Assembly: GCF_009914755.1 (NCBI RefSeq)
Contig: NC_060936.1
Length of the DNA stretch: 64,000 nt
Source: the human T2T-CHM13v2.0 reference genome, Homo sapiens
Reading direction: 5' to 3' (one strand)
Shown: positions 35,176 to 53,880 of the stretch, one piece after another
Layout: each line of letters starts with the position of its first letter
How positions within the stretch are numbered: the stretch's first letter is position 1
Program-made: the position numbers and the translations under genes
Notes under the pieces: generated by a model
What the model saw: only the letters and a program-made list of their open reading frames with translations
Told to the model about the DNA's origin: nothing
The model's database searches: none

Positions 35176-37014
35176 CCGGGGTGTCCTCCATGACCGGGTG
35201 TCCTCCCTGACCGGGGTGTCCTCCCTGACCGGGGTGTCCTCCCTGACCGGGTGTCCTCCATGACCGGGGTGTCCTCCCTGACCGGGATGTCCTCCATGAC
35301 CGGGTGTCCTCCATGACCGGGGTGTCCTCCATGACCGGGTGTCCTCCATGACCGGGGTGTCCTCTATGACCGGGTGTCCTCCATGACCGGGGTGTCCTCC
35401 CTGACCGGGTGTCCTCCCTGACCGGGGTGTCCTCCCTGACCGGGTGTCCTCCATGACCGGGGTGTCCTCCCTGACCGGGGTGTCCTCCCTGACCGGGTGT
35501 CCTCCATGACCGGGGTGTCCTCCCTGACCGGGTGTCCTCCATGACCGGGTGTCCTCCCTGACCGGGGTGTCCTCCCTGACCGGGATGTCCTCCATGACCG
35601 GGTGTCCTCCATGACCGGGTGTCCTCCATGACCGGGGTGTCCTCTATGACCGGGTGTCCTCCCTGACCGGGGTGTCCTCTATGACCGGGTGTCCTCCATG
35701 ACCGGGTGTCCTCCCTGACCGGGGTGTCCTCTATGACCGGGTGTCCTCCATGACCGGGGTGTCCTCCATGACCGGGGTGTCCTCTATGACCGGGTGTCCT
35801 CCCTGACTGGGGTGTCCTCTATGACCGGGTGTCCTCCATGACCGGGTGTCCTCCATGACCGGGGTGTCCTCCATGACCGGGTGTCCTCCATGACCGGGAT
35901 GTCCTCCATGACCGGGTGTCCTCTATGACCGGGTGTCCTCCCTGACCGGGTGTCCTCCCTGACCGGGTGTCCTCCATGACCGGGGTGTCCTCCATGACCG
36001 GGTGTCCTCCATGACCGGGGTGTCCTCCATGACCGGGATGTCCTCCATGACCGGGTGTCCTCCCTGACCGGGGTGTCCTCTATGACCGGGTGTCCTCCCT
36101 GACCGGGTGTCCTCCCTGACCGGGTGTCCTCCATGACCGGGGTGTCCTCCATGACCGGGTGTCCTCCATGACCGGGGTGTCCTCCATGACCGGGTGTCCT
36201 CCCTGACCGGGTGTCCTCCATGACCGGGATGTCCTCCATGACCGGGTGTCCTCCATGACCGGGTGTCCTCTATGACCGGGTGTCCTCCCTGACCGGGTGT
36301 CCTCCATGACCGGGATGTCCTCCATGACCGGGTGTCCTCCATGACCGGGTGTCCTCCCTGACCGGGATGTCCTCCATGACCGGGGTGTCCTCTATGACCG
36401 GGATGTCCTCCATGACCGGGTGTCCTCCCTGACCGGGATGTCCTCCATGACCGGGGTGTCCTCTATGACCGGGATGTCCTCCATGACCGGGGTGTCCTCC
36501 ATGACCGGGGTGTCCTCTATGACCGGGTGTCCTCTATGACCGGGTGTCCTCCCTGACCGGGTGTCCTCCATGACCGGGATGTCCTCCATGACCGGGTGTC
36601 CTCTATGACCGGGTGTCCTCTATGACCGGGTGTCCTCCCTGACCGGGTGTCCTCCATGACCGGGATGTCCTCCATGACCGGGTGTCCTCTATGACCGGGT
36701 GTCCTCCATGACCGGGTGTCCTCCCTGACCGGGATGTCCTCCATGACCGGGGTGTCCTCTATGACCGGGATGTCCTCCATGACCGGGTGTCCTCCCTGAC
36801 CGGGATGTCCTCCATGACCGGGGTGTCCTCCATGACCGGGGTGTCCTCTATGACCGGGTGTCCTCCATGACCGGGTGTCCTCCATGACCGGGTGTCCTCT
36901 ATGACCGGGTGTCCTCCATGACCGGGTGTCCTCCATGACCGGGTGTCCTCCCTGACTGAGGTGTCTTCCCTGACCGGGGTGTCCTCCCTGACCGGGGTGT
37001 CCTCCCTGACGGGG
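35176..37014. repeat. GC/CpG-rich VNTR, 17/18-bp unit gaccggg(g/a)tgtcctc(ca/cc/ta)t, ~105 copies estimated from length
   Basis: Directly visible tandem array; generates the repetitive GHGGHP / SWRTP / VMEDT ORFs. Confidence 0.98.
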
Positions 37015-37779
37015 GCCTTGCTGGTTAAGCTTAGAGGGGGATGTAAGGGGCTAGGACCCCTGCTTGTTGAGCCCCTAACACGTGTCAGGGTTGGAGGCTG
37101 AACGCGCTTCCTGCTCATCTCACCTAGTGTTCACAGCCACCCCAGCAGGCACTGTTATTGTCCTCATTTCATGGGTGAGGAACCAGAGCCCGGAGATAGA
37201 ACTTTTCACCAGGACACAGGGGGCAGGGAAGGGGCGTAGACCAGATTCAGCCCAAGTGGGCGCCTGTGGCCTCCTGCTCCAGGACAGCTGTCTCTCCTGC
37301 CTGAGGGCTCTCTTGCAGTCTGCCTTTTTAGAGGATAAAAACCTCCTTTTAGCACTTAAAGGGGTGTGAGGAAAAGCACAGCAGAAATGACTTGGCTGTT
37401 CAAACATTGTAAAGAGCATTTCCTATGCAGGCCCCTTTCACCTTCACGATGAGGCAGTCAATGTATGAGAGCAGCCGCTATGAGCTTCCGTCTCCAGGGT
37501 GATCGATGGCGCTGAGGAGAAACGTGGGCCCAGGTCCGGTTAAGAGTGGGTGGTGCTTGTGTCTTCAGTATCTGCCACCAACAAAAGTCCTTAAATCTGA
37601 TTGAAAAGCTGAATGGCACATGCTCCAGTGGCTTTATTATCATCTGTGGCCTGGCCACAGTTCTCCTTGCTTCAGGGGCCAGGGTGTCTTTAATATGAGG
37701 CTTTTCCTCTCTCAAGTGTTCCATTTCTAACTCAGGCTGAATCCTCATAGGTGAGCTGACTTCTCAAAAGAAAGAAAGG

Positions 37780-38530
<751 letters not shown>

Positions 38531-38542
38531 GCTGGTCTCTGA

Positions 38543-39095
38543 AGACCTTACTTATGCTCACCTGGGCTCTGGGAATCTTACCTCAGTTTACCTGGGCTCT
38601 GGGGACCTTACTTCCGTTCACTTGGGCTCTGGAGACCCTACCTAAGTTCCCCTGGGCTCTGGGGACCCTTCCTAAACTCACATGGTCTCTGGGGACCTTA
38701 TATAGGCTCACAAGGGCTCTGAGGACCTTACCTATCCTCACCTGGGCTCTGGGGACCCTTCCTAAGCTCACATGGTCTCTGGGGACCTTATATAAGCTCA
38801 CATGGGCTCTGAGGACCTTACCTATCCTCTCCTGGGCTCTGGGGACCTTACCTATGCTCAGCTGGGCTCTGGAGACCTTACCTATGCTCACCTGGGCTCT
38901 GGAGACCTTACCTATGCTCACCTGGGCTCTGGGGACTTTACCTAAGCTCATCTCAGCTCTGGAGAGCTTACCTATCCTCACCTGGGCTCTGGAGACCTTA
39001 CCTATCCTCACTTGGGCTCTGGGGTCCTTACCTACCCTCACCTGGGCTCTGAGGACCTTACCTATCTCACCTGGACTCTGGAGATCTTACCTAAA
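38543..39095. repeat. 30-bp minisatellite (gggctctggggaccttacctatgctcacct), ~18 copies
   Basis: Visible 30-bp period; gives 10-aa periodic ORFs on both strands. Confidence 0.95.
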
Positions 39096-39863
39096 CTCAA
39101 ATAGGCTCTTGGGACCCAGGTTCCTGAGCCTAGGTGAGCTTAAGAAGACACAAGCCTAGTCCCCCATGAGTGGACCTGGCCCCAACTCCATCCTGGTCTG
39201 GAGAGACAATCTGAGATGTGTTCCTCCAACAGCTGGATGGAGCAGAACTTCTTCCAGCATTCTGACATTCATCCTTGCCTTCATAGCTCTGTTCATTGCA
39301 TTAGATTGTTAGACATTCCAAACTCCCCCTCTGGGAGATGAACTGGAGAAATGTAATGGTCTAGGTGAGCCGGCAAGATCTGTCATTACTTCTCGTTAAA
39401 ATATGACTAACTGTACATGTCATATAATTTATTAACTACCACATTACAATGCTGATGGTTTGAAGGGATGATCTATTAAAACTCTTGAACCCCTTTCATA
39501 ATCCATTTCCAGCCAGTCACACTGTTCCGTTATAGGGATATAGTTAATATTTCTGACTCTGGTGTGCATAATCCGGCACTTATGTGAATTTAATGCCATT
39601 TCCTTCTTTTCTGTTTAAATGCTGTATGAATTTAAATCTTATTTAAATATCACCAACATTCTTGGTTAAATTTATGTTCTAATATTTCTCTCTTTCCTTT
39701 TTTTTTTTTTTTTGTTCAAGAGCTACAGCTACAGTTGTTGAAATTCTGTCTTTTTTTCCCCTCAAACTTTGCAGAAGTAGACATCCTACAGGAATGCTTG
39801 CATCCAATTCTCAAGTTAGGTAGCACCTTTTTGTGCTTAGTCTCTGTCTTGGATTAAAAATGT

Positions 39864-40100
39864 GGATCACCTGAGGTCAGGAGTTCGCGACCAGCCCGGC
39901 CAACATGGTGAAACCTGTCTCTATTAAAAATACAAAAAAATTAGCCAGGCTTGGTGGCGGCGCCTGTAATCCCAGCTACTTGGGAGGCTGAGGAAGGAGA
40001 ATCGCTTGAACTCAGGAGGCGGAGGTTGCAGTGAGCTGAGACTCGCGCCATTTTACTCCAGCCTGGGCAACAAGAGCGAAACTATGTCTCAAAAAAGAAA
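39864..40100 (+). mobile_element. 5'-truncated AluS
   Basis: Begins ggatcacctgaggtcaggagttc; complete right arm. Confidence 0.9.
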
Positions 40101-40638
40101 GATAACATTAATAATAGTGGTAACAATAATAGTAGTGGCTAATATTCATTGTTTGCTACATGCAAGGTACTGTACTGAATGTCAATAACTTCTTCCACTT
40201 AATCCTCACAACATATCTATTAGATTGGTACCCTTACCCCCATTTGCCAGATAAGAACATTGAAGCTCAGTGTCCTATAGCCATGAGGGGCCTGCCACAC
40301 TGGGCTAATCAGAGAAGAACTTTAGCTCATTATACTAGGCTTATTTATTGGAAAACAACTTTCCCTAACTCAGGTATATTTGTTAATGAACAACACACCC
40401 TTTTCTGTCAAGAGATAAGCAAGTTTTAAATGGACGCACTGGAGGACACACTGGACACAGTTCCAAATGGATGCCATGCAGGACATGCTGGACCAGTTTC
40501 AAATGGATTTACTAGACTGGAAGAGGATGTGCAGGGACATGCCACAGATGGGCTTCGGGTCAGCAGGGATGCTCCATGTACAGAGGGAAAAACAGGCAAC
40601 TTGAGCCTATTGTGGGCTGAATTTGGTCCCCTCCCTAA

Positions 40639-42633
<1,995 letters not shown>

Positions 42634-42740
42634 AAATTCAAATGAATCTGACTGTATTTGGAGGCAGGGTCTTTATAGGGGTGCTTAAGTAAAAATGAGG
42701 TCACTAACATAGGCCCCTAACACCACAATATGCCTGCTGG

Positions 42741-43047
42741 TTTTTTTTTTTTTTTTTTTTTTGAGACGGAGTCTCACTCTGTCACCCAGGCTGGAGTGGA
42801 GTGAAGTGGTGCGATCTTGGCTCACTGCAACCTCTGCCTCCCAGGTTCAAGCAGTTCTCCTGCCTCAGCCTCCCAAGTAGGAACTACAGGTGAGCATCAC
42901 CACAACCGGCTAATTTTTGTATTTTTAGTAGAGATGGGGTTTTGCCATGTTGGCCAGGCTGATCTCAAACTCCTGACCTCAGGTGATCTGCCTGCCTAGG
43001 CCTCCCAAAGTGCTGGGATTATAGGTGTGAGCCACTGTGCCTGGCCT
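42741..43047 (-). mobile_element. AluS inside an MLT1 LTR
   Basis: T22 tail followed by an Alu dimer. Confidence 0.92.
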
Positions 43048-44477
43048 GGTTTCCTTTTAAGAAGAAGAGATCGGGGCATCAGGGCACACAGGGTAGAGAG
43101 ACACCAGGGATGCACAGGGGAACGGTCATGGGAGAACACAGTGAGAAGCAGCTGCCCCCAGGCCAGGGAGAAACCAAACCCGCACACACCTAATCTCTGA
43201 CTTCCAGCATCTGCAACTGTGAGAAAATGAAGCTCTGTTGTGTAAGCCACCTGCTCCTTGGTATTTTTTTTGATGGGAACCCTAGGAAACTGCAATCAAC
43301 TGTGCAGATAAATACAGTCAGCCATTCAGTCCCTAGAGCCTGCTTTCCTATTCCAGGAGGAAGTTGCCAGCCTGCATGGAGAGGAGGCTAGCTGGGAACC
43401 CAGGGGAGAGCCAGCTCCTGGTGGGGGCTTCATAGATCAGAGGTGTTAAAGCTGCCATCGAGGACAACTGTCTACCTGGCAGCCTTCCCAGGTATGCACA
43501 TGCAGTGAGTTGTTTGATTGTGACAGTAACCCAGCAAGGTAGGCATTATTACAATCCCCACTGTGCAGATGAGAAACTGAGGCGCGATGAGATTAGGTGA
43601 CTTATTAAAGTTCACACAGCTAGGATGCCTTGGATCTGGGATTGGAATCCAGGCCGGTCTGGGTCCCGAGTCGGCCGTCATATGCCTCACATGCCACAGT
43701 GGGATCGTGAGGTCTCTGGGGAGCAGAGGCTGAGACAGAAGGTCCATTAGGCCGTGATATCTGTGAAGGAGGAAGGGAAGGACCCAGGATGGCAGCGGGA
43801 GCTCTTGGATCAAGAGGAAGACCCAACAACATTTCTGCCAACTCACCGGAGGGGTCTGGAGCAAAGACTGGGTGTTCAGGGAGGAGCCCCACTTTGGTGA
43901 AAGTGGCCAGACCCTTGAACCACCATCTTTGTCAATAGCTGGGGCTATCTGAAAAAGAGCGGGACTCAGCTCAAAACACAGGGACCCCAAGGAGTTAAGC
44001 GCTGGGGGCTGCCTGCTACCAGCACTCCTTGAGGCTGAGTGACAGTGCTTTCTGGAAGAAAGTCTGAGTCTCTTTCCCCGTCAGCCACAGTGGGCCTCTT
44101 AGTTATGACATGGAACAGGGATATTCTGGAGTTTTTGGAGTCATCTATACCAGAAGATTCCATATATAGTCCATATTCTATAGCCTATTTTCTTCTAAAA
44201 TCAGAAATTCAAATTCCCAGGAAGCTCTGTTATTTTTAAATGAAAACAGAACATTTTTACACAACCTCAAATTTCCACTTTCAGTCCTTTCCTGGGTCAG
44301 AGGAAATAATGCATTCGGTGAATGTTCTCTTTTCTTTGTCCTCAAAACCGTCCATGTGGCCTGGGTCATAAGATCTCAGTTGTCTTCTCACAGTCACTGA
44401 TGAGCAGTCTGATAGGAAATCATTTTAATAACAAGCCACCCAAGCCGCTCTTGCCACGTGCCAGGTGCTGGTCCTGG

Positions 44478-44695
44478 CCAGGGTTTCTCTGCCCCTGCCC
44501 TGTCCACATTTGGGGCTGGAGAGTTCTTTGCTGTAGGAGGCTATCCAGGGCAGTGTAGGCTGCTGAGCAGCACCCCTGGCCTCCACCTCCAGATGCCAGT
44601 AGCATCCCTCTCTCCAGCGGTGACGACCAACAGTGTCTCCGGACATTGCTAAAGAACCCCTGGGCGGCAAGAGCACCCCCGGTTGAGAACCAGTA
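44478..44695. mobile_element. MER20-type DNA transposon (further remnants at ~2570-2665, ~55390-55560 and ~61560-61775)
   Basis: acatttggggctgga...gcagcacccctggcctccac...gtctccggacattgc...ggttgagaacca. Confidence 0.75.
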
Positions 44696-45289
44696 TTCTC
44701 AGCCCTGTTTGTAAATGTATTTGTTTAAGCCCCATGACACAGCTTTTATGACTCTCTGTTAGACAGATGAGGGGACTCTCTAAATGAATGCACATTCTCT
44801 GTATGTTTCTTTTTCTTTCTTAAAAAAACAAACATATTTATGAACATTTACATCGCCTATATCCATAGAAGAAACTTAGGAATGAGTAACTCAAAGAGAT
44901 GACTAAAATTTGAGTATATGTAGCATCTTCCACAAAGAACAATAATTTTATAGAGAAATAACAGGAGAAGGGAAATGGCCTTAGGCCTCCAATGGTTGAG
45001 AAACTACAGAAAGGTAAATATATGGGGGAAACTCATGGAGAAATGTTTGTTTGCAGATTTTTTCTGTGTCAACTCTGGGCTAATCATAGTCTAGAGTTAT
45101 CTCCAGTAAAGGAGAGTTTATATTGTCCATTTACGTAGAAAAGGAGAGGGTAGACAGAACTTTTCCTCCCTTTGTTTCTTATTAATCACGTTTAACTCAA
45201 CATAATTCTTATGTCAAAAACACATATTTTTGGGTAACATTCTGGTTCCCTTCAAGCTGAAAGCTTGTATTCACAAACAAAAACTGCAT

Positions 45290-45742
45290 ACGCAGAAGTG
45301 TTTAATTTTAATAAAGTCCAGGGAATCAATTCTTTCTTTCATGGATTACACCTTTGGTGTTGTATCTGGAAAGTCATCACCAAACACGATGATATCTAGA
45401 ATTTCTCCTATGTTATCTTCTAGGAATTTTATCATTTTGCATTTTTACATTTAGTTCTGTGGCCCACTTTAAGTTAGTTTTTGTGAGGACACAACCCAGA
45501 AGAATAAGATCAGAGGACTGACGTGACTCAAGTTCAAGACTGCCTGGAAAACCGTAATAGCCAAGACAATGTGGCATTGCTGAAGGAATAGGTAAATTGA
45601 TGAATAAGACAGAAAAGAGAGCTCAGAAACAGACCTGCATAAATGTGGCCAACTGATCGTTGACAAAGGAGTAAAGGCAACTCAATGAAACCAAAGTCTT
45701 TGACAGCCTTTTCAGTAAGTGGTGCTGGAACAACTGGGCACC
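45290..45742. mobile_element. Old L1M ORF2 fragment with internal inversion
   Basis: 45290-45486 reads as L1 on the minus strand; 45490-45742 reads as the adjacent upstream L1 region on the plus strand. Confidence 0.6.
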
Positions 45743-46182
45743 AAAATTCGTAAGAATGATAGTGATGATGATGATGAGATGATCACAGAGCTTGCATTCT
45801 CATGTATTTTGCTTTTTCAAACCATGCAGTGACAAATGTCCTCGTGCCTACCTACTCGGGCACAGATGCCTTTTTTTCTAGGGTCTCTACCAAGAAATGA
45901 GTCTTACAGTAAGATAAGGCAGTATTTTAATTCCACTAACTCCACTGTCCTTCACAACAGCCCTGTGAGGTTGGTGTTATTACATCTCCATTTCTTCTAG
46001 ATAAAGAACCTTGAGACTCTGGGAGGTGAACGTATGTGGTAGACTGCATTTTCCAAAGATGGCCACAACAGTCTCTCCTGCCTGCTCACGTCCTCGCCAA
46101 AGTGACCTTATTACATCTCCACTGGAGAGGTGGAGTCTAATGCCCTTGCCTTGAATCTGGGCTGGCCTTAGTGAGTTGCTTG

Positions 46183-46800
46183 TGTTGAGGTTCAGAAACC
46201 AACATCTCAAAATATGTTCCCTTGACATGCTGAACTGAATAAGCAGCCTCAAGGTCTCTCTGACCTTCCAACCATCACCCTCCTACCCTCTCTTAATCCT
46301 CTGTCTCCCTTAAAGCACAGGATAAAGTTCTCTGAGGTTCCCTTTTCTGCCTAAAATCTGGACCCCACAGGAAGAAAACAATGGCCTCTGGTGCCTTCTC
46401 TGAGTTTTTATCCACTGAATTCATATTGCAGGAAGAAAGATGGAAATCTGTCAACACAGCCGGATAGACTTTTGTCACAAAGCATTTCCTGCTGTGCAGG
46501 CCCTACAGACTTTGCCCCAGGCCACTGCCCATTCCTCAAGCCCATTGAATTTCTCTAAAAATCATTTACTACCCCTCTAAAATCATCCACATTCTCCCAT
46601 CTTCCTTTCCCCTAAGAAGAGGGGTATATAACTGTCTGTACACCTTATTGCGTCAGGTTGGGGTAACAACTCTGTGATTTTCTCTCCATGCACACTGATT
46701 AATTTTTATGCCATTTCTCCTATTAACCTGCCATTTTTGAGTTGATTTTTCAGCAAAACTTCAGAGGGCAAAGGAGAAGCTTTCCTTTGGCCCTCTGCAC
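46183..46800 (+). mobile_element. ERV1-class solo LTR (MER39-like) nested in an MLT1 remnant
   Basis: Starts tgttgaggttcagaaacc, has a TATA-like gggtatataa, ends cttcagagggcaaaggagaagctttcctttggcccctctgca. Confidence 0.55.
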
Positions 46801-47011
46801 TCAGCCAACAGAATTTGACAGAAGTCTGAGCTTTCTGGTGCCAGGTCACAAAAAAACCTCCCACCTATGCTCCTGGAACACTAGCCCTTCAGATGCCCCC
46901 TCACAGAAGCCAGCCTCTGTGTCATGGGAAGCCCAGGCCAGACTGAGGAGCCACATGTGGACCCTTCAGCCCACCAACAGCAACTGCTGTTCACACGGGT
47001 GGCCGTGTTGA

Positions 47012-47732
<721 letters not shown>

Positions 47733-48312
47733 AAACCCACTTTAATTAGGTCATTGAAGGTCAAGGTGACCCCAGCAAGTTGCAGAAGACTTGGAGAGCG
47801 TCTGAGAGGCTGACGGGTTGGCTCCAGGCCATGCCTCATGGTGATCTGAGGTCAGTTCAGAGAATCTCCACCGTGGGTTTTTATGTCTGACTGATGCAGT
47901 GCAGTCAGCTGAGGATGGCAGTGAATGTGCAGAACTTATCTTTCTGTCTTTCCGAGGACAAAGTTACTGTAAAAAATCAGCCAGCCCAATTCTATCTTCC
48001 AGCAATGCTTGACATATAATAAGGCCTCAATAATTTTTTTCTGGAGTGAATGAAAGTATTGCCCATGTCTTACAGATGAGGCAGCTGAGGCTAAGTGACT
48101 TGGATAAGCCATCTTGCTGGTTCCGTAGAGGTCTCCTGATGTAAAAAGCCTCATTAGTTAAGAAAACTATCATCTAAGACTCCCTTGGCCAGTAACTTTC
48201 TTTTATGCAAAGAGAAAAGGTCAATTTACAACTAAACCTAAATGAAATGGAATTCAAATGGTCAGGGTCAAATCCTGGGGGGAGGCACTGAGGAAAGGAC
48301 AGCTGTCTGGGG

Positions 48313-48604
48313 GTCGGTGGCAGGGACTGAAGCTGAGCAGCACCAGGCGGTGGCAGGGATTGAAGCTCTGCAGTGCCAGTCAAGGCAGGGATCGAAGCTC
48401 TGTGGCACCAGTTGATGGCAGGGTCTAAGCTTTGCAGCGCTAGGCGGTGGCAGGGATCTAAGCTCTGCAGTGCAGTCGGCGGCAGAGATTGAAGCTCTGT
48501 GGCACCAGTTGATGGCAGGGGTCTAAGCTTTGCAGTGCCAGTTAATGGCAGGGATCTAAGCTCTGTGGTGCCAGTCGGTGGCAGGATCTAAGCTCTGCAG
48601 TGCC
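48313..48604. repeat. Degenerate ~33-bp minisatellite (gtcggtggcagggatctaagctctgcagtgcca), ~9 copies
   Basis: ggcaggga...aagctctg recurs every 31-33 bp. Confidence 0.85.
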
Positions 48605-51000
48605 CATGGCCCATTGGTTCATCCTGGCCGAGCCTCCAACAAACAGCCCCGTGCAGCTTCTTTGCCTCGAGCATTTGTCGATTTGCCAATTCCTGTAGTA
48701 TAAACGCTCGTGATTTCATGCCGCCAACCCAAAGTCACTGAATGCAGAGCTGGGAAGAGATGTGCCACCATGGCTTTTGGTAGCTGGTATGACCAGCTCA
48801 GTGGTCTCCAGTTACTGGAGTCCCCACCATTCCCTCTTGTCTTGCCACCAGCACTTGAATTTGCAGCCCCTGGAGATGTGAGCACCAAGCAAGAAAAGAA
48901 TCAACAACCCCAGCTGGCTCCAAATCCAGCATTCCAGGTTAAAACACTATCTACAAGAGGAAACTGAAACTCCTCACAGTCAGAGCTACACTCTACGTTT
49001 CCCGAGGTTGCTTAGTTACTAAGCTGCAGATCTCGGGTTTGGAGGCAGGCTTTCTGGCGGAGGCTTTCTCACTCCAAGGTAGTTGCTTGTTTCATTACCT
49101 GATGCTGTTTTTTATTTTTTCTACCTAGGCTGTGACAGTTCATTTATCATATATTCCAGGGACAATGGCATTTGTACTGATAGTGGAATCGTAGAAAATA
49201 GGAGGAAAAACACTGACAGCAACCGAGGTCCTTTGACGTATTTCGGACTATAAATAAAAACAATTAGATGCAAACAATATTTTTGAAAATATAGAGAAAC
49301 CACCAGTCTTTTGGACTCCATGATTCATAATCCCCCGCTTCTCTGTGTAGATGATCAAATTTGTGATTCAAAGCTGCTGTTTTTTTTTTTTTTTCTCTCT
49401 CTCTCTCTTCATGGAATGGAATGAAAATGGAAACAAGCCAGGTCTGTGACAGCCTAGACACTTGGGGAGTGAGATGGAGAAGGTGGCAGAGATGACCCTT
49501 GCCTGGGTATTTTTTCCATTTCCCTCTGTGCTGTTGGTACCTTTCTAATCCCCAAGGAGCACAAAGGAAAGTAAACGAGGCTGCATTCATGAATCAGGCC
49601 AGTGAACTGGCAAATGAGTCTTGCGTACGCAGAGACTCACTCTTCTCTTTCTGAGCCTGCTGGAAAAACACCCTTACCTTTAATCACACACATACACATG
49701 CACACACGTGTACACACTTACACATGCACACACATGCATTCACATATGTACGCATGCACACAAGCACATGCAGACACATGCATACACACACAATGCACAC
49801 ATGCACGCACACTCGCACACTGGCATATGCACATACACACATGCAGGCACATGCATACACATGTACTCACACAATGCACACACACACACTTGCATATGCA
49901 CGCACACACGCACACACACAACACACACACACATGCACACACATACACACATGTATGGATAAAAATATAGATAAAGAGGAAAAACTGGAAACCTCAAAAA
50001 AATCTCTAAATGGACTGATGTTTCTTCTGCTACCAGGTGTTGAATTTTGTTTCTCCTTTTGCTAAAACTTTCTCTAAGCCTAATACTCCTTGGAAACAAA
50101 ACCCACAATCCACTCTGCTGAAGATCTTTTTCTTTTCTTTGGGATCATAAAATATTCTCGACCCTGAACCAGCTGCAAAAGTGAAGATGAAGTTAATACA
50201 TGCTTCATATTTGGCCCAAATGTCCACTTTCCTGTTTACAGCCCTTGAAGCTTTTGCAGAATCCAGGCTATGCTCTTGGGAAGATAGAGGCTGCATTGCC
50301 CAGCACATTTAGGGTAACCAGAAGCAGAGTGTGGCAGCACAGGGGAACAACAATTATTGAATTTTGTTTTGTAGAAATGAGACACAGGAGGCATACATAT
50401 CAGCACATTTACGAAAGTAAACATCGTGGAAGGCAGTTATTGTCTCTGAGCTCCAAATCCACCCTTCCATGCTCTGTTTTGTGACCCTACAAAATCAGCA
50501 TATGTTTGATTTACCAGCTGTTTTCTTGTAGGCTCTTCCAGTGAGGGAAATTAGAAGGAGGCCTCCAGGCTGGAGGAAGAGGAGGGATTTGCTCCTTCAT
50601 CTCTTCTTCCTGGGCTCCTTGTCTTCTTGCTGTTCCCATGAGCATTAGGACAGTAATGCTTCACCCCACAGCATCAGTTCCTTCCCACAGCAGCAACTGG
50701 ATCCAGTTCACAGTGTCTCCAGCACTTGCAGAACCAGGCTCATTTCACTCCCTCATGGACAATACCATCAGCCAGCCCATGCCCCCACCTCGGAGGCCTG
50801 GCTTCCACGCCCAGATTTGGAGGAGCCAGCAACAGCTGAGCAGCAAGCTCTCCTTGGAGGGAGCCCCATCCAGACACACAGGGCATCCATAAGCTTCCAA
50901 GTTGGGATAATTCCAACCTACTCTTTGTTCCTTCAGCAGCCGGGATGATGGCTGCTTTATGCATCAGGTTCCAGAGTGTCACCCAGGCCTCTGCTTTCCC

Positions 51001-51074
51001 TCCTGACCTCGTGATCTGCCCACCTCAGCCTCCTAAAGTGCTGGGATTACAGGCGTGAGCCACCACGCCTGGCC
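51001..51074 (-). mobile_element. Alu left-arm fragment
   Basis: tcctgacctcgtgatctgcccacctcagcctcc...gccaccacgcctggcc. Confidence 0.85.
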
Positions 51075-51077
51075 TAG

Positions 51078-53880
<2,803 letters not shown>

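Noticed and set aside
35176-37014. Regular short repeats suggesting a CRISPR array, or an engineered MS2-like array (CATGGAGGACACCC resembles the MS2 hairpin)
   Set aside because: Units are head-to-tail with no unique spacers, no cas genes are present, the MS2 stem cannot form, and the context is primate intron. This is an ordinary minisatellite architecture.
34800-37118. Many overlapping ORFs with GHGGHP/MEDTP repeats
   Set aside because: By-products of the VNTR, with no splice or promoter support as a gene.
38554-39159. 201-aa and 152-aa ORFs with a 10-aa period resembling leucine-rich repeats
   Set aside because: A 30-bp unit keeps frames open on both strands; there is no unique coding sequence or codon-position bias.
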